DNA of 63,414 nucleotides, counting the filler, from Octopus bimaculoides (Eukaryota): NCBI RefSeq assembly GCF_001194135.2. It is 6 parts of 6 records of this genome, joined end to end, with 100 filler letters (N's around TTAATTAATTAA, not from the genome) between each part and the next. Parts side by side here need not be neighbours in the genome. Positions count along the whole stretch, not along the records: positions 35,465 to 61,291 come from NC_068992.1; positions 61,392 to 63,414 come from NW_026319079.1; 4 more parts are not named here. One strand, 5' to 3'. Made by a program: the position numbers and the translations under genes. Shown here piece by piece: positions 53,581 through 63,414 of the stretch. Each line of letters starts with the position of its first letter. The stretch's first letter is position 1. The notes beneath the pieces were generated by a model. That model was given only the letters and a program-made list of their open reading frames with translations. It ran no database searches and was not told the DNA's origin.

Positions 53581-55859
53581 TTAATGACTGCATTTTGCCA
53601 TAATATAGATTAGTCAATACTGTTGACGACCATGCGTACATTTGAATTATTTCAAATATTTACATAGATACATAGAGAAAATTATTAATATAAGGCTACA
53701 TGTGATTCAGACTTTATAAACATGCAGCTTGTATATAATTGCACTTACATGCACTTGTAAATATATGCGATCATATCATTTCAAATCATATCTCTCATTT
53801 TTACTGCAAAAAAAATATCTTCTCAAAGCGGCAGAAATCTTTCATTTGTAGTCAATATGGCCGATCTATTAATGCAACGAACAAGCCTGAAGACAAAACT
53901 CTAGCTGGAATTTTAGGATTTAAGATTAACACCATGTGAATATCGATTCCAGCTGATGCTGAAAGGTAAAAAGAACTAGACTGACACATCTGTAAATAAG
54001 CCTGTATTTTCTTTACTCAAATACGTTTCGATAAGTTGCAGCAAGAAATGTTTTTCTATTTTATCTTTCAGTTTTCTTTTGTTAATTTTATTTATTGCTT
54101 TGTGGTCTTTCAGAAAGTAATGAAAATAAATATATTTAGTTGAAGCTCTCACCATATATATGTGGTAAATATGCAACAAACAGGCTCTTGCGCCGCTGTT
54201 TCGATCACTGTCAGAAAGCTATCGTTTGTCACGTAACTTTTAATTCATTAACATATTTTATTTTAGGTGATGAAGTTAACAAGAAAACTTATTTGGAAAA
54301 GTCAGATACTTGGATATACTGGGTCAATTTTATGTTCTATAGTCATTGACCTTACATCTCCGAGATATTTGACTTAAATACAGCCGACGTTTGTCTCCAA
54401 TTTGTAAAGATCAGAAACTTACTATGATGATAGTCTATGGAGAAAACTATTTAACATAGTTTAATAGATGGCCAAACCAATAAGACCGGGGCAATGACAA
54501 TAGGAGAAGCGGCTGTTGTTGTTTAGACTCAGTTTGACTTAGATCAAGTTGAAATATGATCAAATACATTCCAACCATGGCCATCTATGGTTGGATTGTA
54601 TAAAAGAACATGGCCAATGTTCTTTTCAGGTAGGTGAAACGAACGAATAAAGGTGCCCACTTTGGATCGCTGAATGAGTTATGATATTTGATGGGTTTAA
54701 ATAGGTTAGAGTACAGTTTGCTCGTTTGAAGGCGCAGGAATCGTTGTAGGAGCACTAGGATAGTCATATAAAAGTATGATGGTTATAGTGTGTTTGTTGA
54801 TAATTTTCTCGATCATTGGTATGGCCTGTATATGAATGTTGCGTAGATCTTGCATTTATGCATTCGAAAGATTTTAGCTGCGAATTGTTCATGTACACGA
54901 TGACTATAATGATTAATGCGTATTTCTTTGATGTTTATTGAATGTGTCTATTGAATGAGACTAGATTGTCCCAAACGTGGGATGTTTCCAATAGCTCTCT
55001 TCATATAAATAATGGAATAGAACGATCAGACAGAAAATTTCTATTCAAAGGAATCAGAGATGAGAATGGAGAAAATCTATAAGCAGGAACTTGGTTTCAA
55101 TGTTCTCGAACAGACGCCTACAAAGGCTTGCTGATATCAAACACATAAATATTGACATGACCAATGTTTCACGATATAGATAGCATTGATATGTTAAGCG
55201 AGAAGGCAGATCATCGATTGATTTAACACAGCAGACACGTATTGCATGACATCTCTAAGGAAAGGGATATACGTAATGCAGCGTTTAAAGCTTTATAGAT
55301 TTCTCTCTTACAATTGAAATGCTAACATTAGGACAATAAACCAGTAGTTGGCATATATAGGGATGTTTTTCTTTCAGAAATGAGACATATATCCTCCAGT
55401 GTTTCAAGAATTTTACATTGATGTTCCTAGAGAGATACATTTTGAAATGTTAACAAAAGGTTCAGGAATATTTTCAGGACTTTGTTAGAGGGTCATAATA
55501 CTATCATATGTGTGCACTGCATGGATTGTACTGGTTGTCTTACATGTTGATTCTCTGTGGAAAGTGGAGTGAACGATACTAAGAAGATTATTTGAGCTGT
55601 TCGCTATATAAAGCAACGCTCCTGAATGATATAGTTTCACTGTTATGGTCTGCAAATGTGTGATACCATTAAGTGTTGATATATATGTAAACATTATATT
55701 TAGTGCAAATATGAATAGAAATATATGAACAATACGCCACGAGTGACTGCACAGGACCATCCATAACTGGAGGAGAGCATCCTTATGGGTAGGAGAGCAA
55801 GAGGTTGCAAAAGACATCTGTGGATTGATGATAGCAAACACACAACTTAACCACAACTT

Positions 55860-56045
55860 TCTCTCACTCTTTCTTCCTGTTTCTCTTGTACCTGTATTTC
55901 AAAGGGCCGGCCTTGTCACACACTGTGCCACGCGGAATATTCCCCGAGAACTATGTTAAGGGTACACGTGTTTGTGGAGTGCTCAGCTATTTAAACGTTA
56001 AATTTCACGAGCAGGTTGTTCTGTTGATTGCAACCGACGTAGTGC
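55860..56045 (+). mobile_element. Fragment of a third interspersed repeat family (SINE-like)
   Basis: aagggccggccttgtcacac...ccccgagaactatgttaagggtacacgtg...gtggagtgctcagc; recognised from memory as a recurrent octopus repeat. Confidence 0.45.
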
Positions 56046-56063
56046 CATGATATATATATATAT

Positions 56064-56121
<58 letters not shown>

Positions 56122-57374
56122 GTATATATATCTCTCTCTATATATATATAAAACATAAAACACATATACATATATAAATATATGTATGTATTTTGTCTGA
56201 AGTCCGATGACTGAATTATGTAAAGGATAAAAGATATATTTGCATACAGAAGGAGCAGTACACCTGTTTGTATTTCTCTATGTGTCTGTGTGTGAATGCC
56301 TGAGCGTATTTGTGTTTGTTTGTGTGTGTTCGCGTGTGTGTATGTTCACGCGCGAGTGTGTGTGTGTGTGTGTGTGTGCGTGTGTCTTCTTGTGTGTACC
56401 TGTGCGTGTACCTGTGCGTGTGCGTGTACCTTCACATGTGCATGTATGCGTGTGTACTTGTGGGTGTCTGTGTGTGAGTGCTTTTGCCTATTTGTGTGTG
56501 AGTGCTTGTGTATATGCATGCGTGAGCGCGTGTTTGTGTGTATGGGTGCGTTTTTGAAATGCAAAATAGCAACGCATGTGTTGCTCGGGAAATTCGCAAA
56601 CCCATAATATGAAAATTATTAAAAAGTAACTAAGCTGAGTCGGTTGCTTGTGAAAACAAACTCAGAATAGCTTCAAAAACACTGGTAGTTTTCGGTGAAC
56701 AAGATATAACATTAATCATTTCCAGTAAAATGTTACAAGTGATTAATTATAATACTAAACGGTAAATTCAGGAATTATAATACATCTCCGCAGACATAAA
56801 TGATATATATTGACTGATAATCATTTCAAATTAATTGGTATCTCCGTTTATATGAATCAATTACACGTCATATCAAAATACGTAAATATGTCCCAGCTTA
56901 ACATATTGTTATGTCAATATAAATCATTTGTGAGTGAAATTCAATTTTAACGAATTTTACTGGACTAAAGAGAAAATAAATATTAGTCAGGTCGATAATA
57001 TGCTGTTATACAGCTTACATCATGTCGCATAGTATCTAAGACATTTTAGATTACGATGAGCGAGTCCTACTAATTTTAAATTATCACCGAGAGCTGGCTA
57101 AGACCAACGTATTTTCCTTAATATATCCTTTATTTTTTAAACTTTTTTTCTTGTTTAGACTAAGGCAATGCAAGAGCGTCCTATCTACAATATAATGTCT
57201 CATCGGTAGATAACACATTATTGGACAACGCGTCTTATCTAGGTCGACCGTACAGATTTCAAACTTGTGATCTTAATAGGCCACCGTTTTGAAAAAGTGG
57301 ACATCCTACACTATTACTGTCTATTTTTCTAGTGAAATATTTGCTTAAATACGATCTAGATGACCCTATGCAGT

Positions 57375-57880
57375 TGGTTCAGGTCCACACTGGCGCATTG
57401 GGGAAATCTCGTCGGTACCTGTCAGACAGTTGGAACTAGCTCGTCAGATGCTTGAGCCTTTTACACCCCCACTTCTATCACCTCCTCCCACACAATCCCA
57501 GCGTGCGTCTAAGATGCCGTTCCAGTCCCCCATTTACAGTAACGTGCGAGATGTACCTACAAAGGATTCCGGACGCCTAAAGAAGTTCAGCCGTTTGGAC
57601 CCGGCAAGGGCGTAGACGGCTACCAGTCTAAAGACACCACCTTCGTTATTGCTCACGTCCAGGACCAACAACTTACCGTCCGGGTCCCGGAAGATCGACC
57701 TTACCTGGAGATCCAGGTTTTTCCCAAATAGCACTGCCTCCCCACCTTCCATTCCCGGCCTACTAACAGCTGCAAAGATCTGATAGTCGTCAAAAATGGG
57801 GGCTAGTCTGTATGTGTTGGAAATCATGGTCTCACTCACAGCAATTACGTCCAATTCTAAAGATTTGATGTCGCTGAGCA
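57375..57880 (-). mobile_element. L1/Tx1-clade LINE ORF2 AP-endonuclease remnant
   Basis: DVIAVSET...G.AVL...DPDGKLLVLDV....FRLVAVYA, then frameshifted GDWNGILD and DRYRRDFPNAPVWTW. Confidence 0.85.
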
Positions 57881-58199
57881 GGCGCCCCTGCTTCCCCGGC
57901 GGCCCCGGGCCTCAAACATTTAAACTTCCTACTCTTAATATGACCATGTTGGCAGACTAAAAAACGAGAGGAAAGGTTTACTTACCTCCCGGTGTGATAT
58001 GATGGTCAGATACTTAGTTAGATTTCCATAATTGGTAGGGATTCGCAACCCCTTTAAAATTCTCGATGTGGGTTTCATGATCGGGGTCCCTACGTCCACA
58101 GGAAATCTCTCTTGAATTATTGTATAGGAAGCGAGCAGCATTTTCACCAGAAGGAAATCTTGTGGTACGTGAAAAGTGCTCGTTTCAAAAATCACCCCC

Positions 58200-59012
58200 T
58201 ACTAATAATGAAGGTTTTACATAAAGTTTAAACAGTTCAAAGCCTTCAGACATCGTGGCGTATTGGAGTGAGTTCTTATCAACAGATCCATTAGAAGATG
58301 TGGCTTAGTTCTTATCAGTTGAGAAAAACTTTGACCAGGGCCACAAGGAAAAAAGATGGCTGTGTGCAGACCCTATTGAGGTTCCAAGAGGAATGCACAC
58401 AAAATTTCCAGCAAGTGTCATAGTTTTGAGTGTCGTTAGCAATGAAAGACATGTAATGCCTCTTCACTTTATTCCACAAGGCCTTAGGGTGAATGGTGCT
58501 GCGTATATTGAGATTCTGGATAAAGTCGTTAATCCTAGGATCAATAGTGTATGTAATGGAAGGCCTTACGTCTTTCAACAAGATTCTGTACCATAGCGCA
58601 AGGTTCAAATGTCGCAGGAGTGGATGACCGACAATTTGCATGATCACATCACTCCAACATTTAGTTTTCTAATTTTCCAGATCTCAATCCACTGGATTAC
58701 TATGTATGGAGCATCGTTGCCAAAAATATCAATGAACACCCCCATAGCACCAAAGATTCTTTGAATGCCGCCATATTTCGAGTCATGTCTGACGTGGACA
58801 AGGACCGCCTAATCTGAGCTTGTAAACGATTTCTACCCAGCGTATAGGTCGATAATGGTGCTTACGATGGTTTTATTGAATGAAATTATTATTAAAATCT
58901 TAATTTAGCTTTATGTGTATTAGTTTTATAAAAAAAATACGCTTTTTTCCTTTATTATATATGCGGTTTTTTTTTAAACTGTAAATCTGTCCTCAAATAC
59001 TGTCCGCACCCT
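58200..59012 (+). mobile_element. mariner/maT-like (Tc1-mariner) transposase C-terminal remnant with right end
   Basis: HTKFPASVIVLSVVSNE.HVMP.HFIPQGLRVN..AYIEIL..VV.P.I..VCNGRPYVFQQDS.P, then PDLNPLDYYVWS and ...GFIE*; TIR-like end gtcctcaaatactgtccgcaccc. Confidence 0.9.
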
Positions 59013-59747
59013 TTGTGTGTGTATATAGGAATACGTGTGTGTGTGTAGGTATACGTGTGCGTGTATATAATCATATAATTATCAGTATACATCTACTTTG
59101 CGCGCGTGCGTGCTTATAGTGACATGTCTCTTCATTTACCAACGTATTTACTCCTACACACCGTTGAGCACCGACCACACACATATACACGGATATATAT
59201 ATATATATATATATACATACACATATATATATATATATATATATATTCGAAAATTGACGTCGATAGGAGGAAACACAAAGATTGAAGTGCAGTTAACTAG
59301 CGGCAACGTGGTATGCCTACAAAGCAAGTACTTGGGTATGTTTATACTCTATAATTCAATATGTTCTGCATAACTATTGCTTCGGGCCTTTTCATCATCG
59401 TATATATCAATTTAGCCAAGTAATTAAGATTTATTGATTCTACTTGCTTAGTCTATCTTCGTTATTGGTCGTCTGCTAAAAGCTACCGTATCGTCAATAT
59501 ACAGATCATCGGTTACCTTTAAAACCATGTTGAGTGTTTCTCGTATTTTTAAGATCCTCTTGTATTCATTAAGTTCTTTTTCTTGTTTATTATATACCTT
59601 TTTTTCTTATTTTAAGGTAATATTTGTGAGTTGCTGAAGTACTCGTAGATTATGCGAATGATATTTGAAATGTGACAGCTTTTTATTGGACGGTGGGGCG
59701 GGTTCAAATCATTTTATAATAAATCGAATGCTTCTGTAAAAATATCA

Positions 59748-59799
59748 GGAATTTCGAAATGAGACGAGTGGGCGGAATTTCGAATTGAGACGAGTGGGC
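59748..59799. repeat. 26-bp tandem duplication GGAATTTCGAA(A/T)TGAGACGAGTGGGC x2
   Basis: 59748-59773 and 59774-59799, one mismatch. Confidence 0.95.
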
Positions 59800-59922
59800 G
59801 CCGCTGAAAGAACGCTTGCAATTTGGCACGGCTGACTGGACATTGGATCTGTTTTGCTGAAAGTAGTTTTTGGCACTCTGGGCAAACACCAACGCATGTA
59901 GGCGCAAGATATACGCATACGA

Positions 59923-59973
<51 letters not shown>

Positions 59974-61391
59974 TAAACAGACAGACAGAGCGAGAGGGAA
60001 AGAGAGAGAGAGAGAGACAAAAAAACGCGACAATGTATTAACTGACCAAATTTGACATGAACACTTTTCTTTCCCTCACATACTTAAAGACAAATATGCG
60101 TACACGCTTAAACAGAGAAAAGGTGAGAGGGAGAGGGAGAGGGAGAGAGAGAGAAAGAGAGAAGGAAGGTAAGGGAGAGAACATGAGTAACAAACGCCAG
60201 GTACCAGATATATCAGCGTCGAATCGGAGATGCCAAAAAAGCGGCGTTGAAATGTATCATACGCCAGGAATTCATAGGCTGGAAGCTTAATATTGTAAGT
60301 GATTTACTCGTTCTGATTTCTCACTATTCAACATTCATTACTTTATATGTGTCACAATCGTTATAACTAGAAAATTATGCCAGAAAAAATCGATGAGAAT
60401 GTTCCATTGATCGATCTGCCGTATATAGCATTGAGATCTCCTTTAAAATCTACCCGATCATCTAAAAAGTAAAAATGAATCATTCTAACAATGGCATATA
60501 CGCTCCAGTGTACTACGTGTACCGCCAACGAGATCAAACGGAAAAGTACCGGATTTAAATCATACGTGCTTGGGTTGATAAAACACATCCAGGTGGTAGC
60601 CCAGCATGGCCGCAATCCAATGATTGAAATATGTAAAAGATAAAAGAGTGGTCACGGCTAGAATGCCTTTGACTACAGTTCTGGGAATTATGGACATGGC
60701 GCTATAAAACAACCGGTGATTCATTGTCTTTTAATCTTCCCCAACAGTTGAAATCAGAGTTTAGAACACTAAAACAAGAAGAACGCATCAACTCAGTCAT
60801 CTAATATTCATTTACGAAAGACACAATCCCACATTGGGATATTATTTAGCGAAAAATCAAACTCCACCATCCTATTTTCCGAAACAATATTTAAATGTAT
60901 GGCTACACGGTCTACCGCACTGAATATCTCGCACGTGTTCTTGTAATCTTGCAAACTTCTTTTAGACATACATTATATTACGGACTGTTGTGCAGTACAT
61001 GTTTATATGGCGTGAATGTTCACATGTCTAAAATATAGCCCGTTCAGAATATCGACTTAATTTCGATTGAGAAATTCTTCCATGTTGAAAGTGTACATGA
61101 CTAAGCAAGACAGTCATGCTTAGTGCCTCTGTGCAAGCGTAGGAGTCTGTGAATGTATATATAAAAACACACGCACTGTATATTTGATGTTAATTTGCTT
61201 CAGCTTTATATTACCATCCCCAAGTACAACAACATCTGTTTCAACACACGATTTCACATCAAAAATCTTGCAAAACAAATATATATATATANNNNNNNNN
61301 NNNNNNNNNNNNNNNNNNNNNNNNNNNNNNNNNNNTTAATTAATTAANNNNNNNNNNNNNNNNNNNNNNNNNNNNNNNNNNNNNNNNNNNN

Positions 61392-61750
61392 TAAACCGAC
61401 AATATCTGGACTAAATTTTCTATCTATTTTATGTTCAGTCTGACCAGATCTAGCCTGGTCATTCTAGAAATAAACAATCAGCTCATCGAAATCTCGAAGC
61501 TACGAGATAATGCATGATTAATTCAAAACAATGTGATACATTTGACAGAATAATCTGAAGGCTAAAGGGTTACACATATACATACGTATACATATCCCTG
61601 TAGCATTTAAACCGACAATATCTGGACTAAATTTTCTATCTATTTTATGTTCAGTCTGACCAGATCTAGCCTGGTCATTCTAAAAATAAACAACCACATT
61701 ATCGAAAGTTCAAAGCTATGAGATAATGCATGATTAATTCAAAACAATGC
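61392..61750. repeat. ~140-bp tandem duplication next to a gap
   Basis: taaaccgacaatatctgg...gattaattcaaaacaatg at ~61392 and ~61608; the first ~75 bp are identical and the rest has diverged. Confidence 0.9.
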
Positions 61751-61825
61751 AAACTAATAAGTATTAAATTTGACAGAGTAATCTGAATGATAAAGGATTA
61801 GACATACATAAACGTACACGCACGC

Positions 61826-61865
<40 letters not shown>

Positions 61866-61939
61866 TGTTGTATTTCGGGCTGGTGATTCTTTTTTTTTTT
61901 NNNNNNNNNNACACACACACACACACACACACACACATT

Positions 61940-63086
61940 GTTGTATTTCGGGCTGGTGATTCTTTTTTTTTTTATTTTGCCTAATAAACACACGCACTAT
62001 ATATTCGTTCTTCACATGTTTATTACTGTTCTTATTTTAACTCATGTCCATTATCTGGAAATCTTTCATCACACATTTGTGACTTCCTGAGCAGCACTTT
62101 CGTTTACGTGTGTGCTTTTTCTCCACTTACTCCATTCTGGTTTTCTATAATGTGTATCATTATGTAGTATGCATTTGCGTCCATGCTTGTGTGTGTATGT
62201 GCATGTGTGTGTTTGTGTGTGTGTACTTGTGTGTGTGTCATTGTTCTTAGCAGCAGTATGATCTTCCCCTCAGCCCCATCCTCTCACTCCATTGTGCTGC
62301 TGCTGTCCTAAGACGCTATAATTTGGTACAGTTCCTGTATCTCTCAGTGTTTGTGTGTTCGGCCACTGTGATGCCATTGTGGTAGTTGTTGTTGTTGTTA
62401 TTTCATTCGTTGTCACCGCCGCTGCAGATGTCGTTATTAGTCGGGTTGATGTTGCTACGGCCGTCCATGAAATTACTGTGTGTGTGTTTGTGTGAGTGTG
62501 TATTTGTTCGCTTCATATGTTGTTTGTATCCATGCCCTTTATATAGATTTATTTATTTATTTTATCTATCTCCATTTCTTACTTTTATCATAGGTATGTG
62601 ACAAATATATTTATTTATTTTTCTCTTTATTAATTAATTAATTTTTTAATATTTATCTATCTCTATTTCTTATATGTATTACAGGTATGTGTATATATGT
62701 CTACTGTGTGTGTATTACCCTGTTTGTATATGTTTTATTTACAATTATTTGTTTTCCTGTCTTTCTCTTCCTCCCTCTTGTCTTTAGTCATGTGGTGTGG
62801 TAGTGGGTGTTACTGTTCCCTTCGTGTTTTCTATTGAGGCTCGGTCTTCCTACTGCTATGTGTGTAGCCTCTGTGATCTGTCTAAGTGTCGTGTCAATTC
62901 TATGCGTCGATAATACTTTAACTTCTCCGCTATTAACCGAGCCACCATGTTCTGCCTGAGCATGCTAGTGGAGCACTGACCAGCCTGGACATGAGTTAAA
63001 ATAAGAACAGTAATAAACGAGTGAAGAACAAATATATAGTGTGTGTGTTTATTTGACAGAAAAAATTGACCATCCCAAAATACAAC
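61940..63086. repeat. ~105-bp inverted repeat pair (61940-62050 and 62986-63086) enclosing ~935 bp
   Basis: gttgtattt.ggg.tggt.a...aataaacacac.cactatatatt.gttcttcac..gtttattactgttcttattttaactcatgtcca reads on opposite strands. Confidence 0.9.
62856..62984 (-). CDS. Candidate terminal exon, unidentified
   Basis: ttcttattttaactcatgtccag| acceptor then AGQCSTSMLRQNMVARLIAEKLKYYRRIELTRHLDRSQRLHT*; the acceptor lies inside a repeat arm. Confidence 0.15.
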   Translation of the reverse strand, partial: AGQCSTSMLRQNMVARLIAEKLKYYRRIELTRHLDRSQRLHT

Positions 63087-63164
63087 TCTGTCTGTTTCAA
63101 CACATGATTTCACATCAGGAATCTTGCAACACAAATTGGTATATATATATATATATATTCTTTT

Positions 63165-63370
63165 ATTTTTTTACTTTTTCAGTCATTTGACTGTGTCCAT
63201 GCAGGAGCACTGCCTTTAGTCGAACAAATCGACCCCAAGAATTATTGATTGTAAGCCTAGTGTTTATTCTATCGATCTCTATTGCCGAACCACTAAGTTA
63301 CGGGATTTAAACACACCAGCATCGGTTGTCCAACGATTGTGATAGGAGCAAACACAGAAACACAAATACA
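63165..63370 (-). mobile_element. SINE family A 3' half
   Basis: ttttcagtcatttgactgtgtccatgcaggagcactgcctttagtcgaacaaatcgacccc. Confidence 0.85.
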
Positions 63371-63382
63371 TGCACACACACG

Positions 63383-63414
<32 letters not shown>

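Noticed and set aside
56566-56590. tagcaacgcatgtgttgctcggg as a second Helitron 3' end
   Set aside because: No CTAG terminus at the right distance and no associated element body
59375-59420. Minus-strand GATGATGAAAAGGCCCGAAGC as another hammerhead
   Set aside because: Both core boxes are mutated and no helices could be traced
61850-61975. Duplicated (AC)n-attgttgtatttcgggctggtgattc-polyT unit
   Set aside because: Identical copies on either side of a 10-N gap; typical unresolved contig overlap

Overview
AT-rich, extremely repeat- and microsatellite-dense animal genomic DNA with many assembly gaps. The SINE families and general texture point to an octopus (coleoid cephalopod) draft assembly; this is an inference from recognising the repeat families. 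No complete host gene can be supported, and most of the supplied ORF track is an artefact of (AC)n/(AT)n/(ATAC)n microsatellites and N runs. Supported content: a decayed Ty3/Gypsy LTR retrotransposon (14.9-19.7 kb, minus strand, both LTRs, PBS and PPT visible); a pogo/Tc2-like TIR element with a nested SINE and LINE pieces; remnants of Helitron, R4/Dong-like (RLE), RTE, L1/Tx1, Penelope-like (GIY-YIG) and mariner-type elements; many copies of two tRNA-type SINE families; and a GC-rich block containing the 5' end of 28S rRNA (rDNA orphon). The most interesting signals are a pair of inverted minimal hammerhead-like motifs that both carry a U3-A8 core variant (7.15-7.43 kb), a second hammerhead-like motif (4.53 kb), the rearranged rDNA-derived island, several inverted-repeat structures that could form dsRNA, and a few unidentified candidate exons. 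None of these demonstrates a new biological system. Repeat boundaries were read by eye and are approximate unless stated otherwise.
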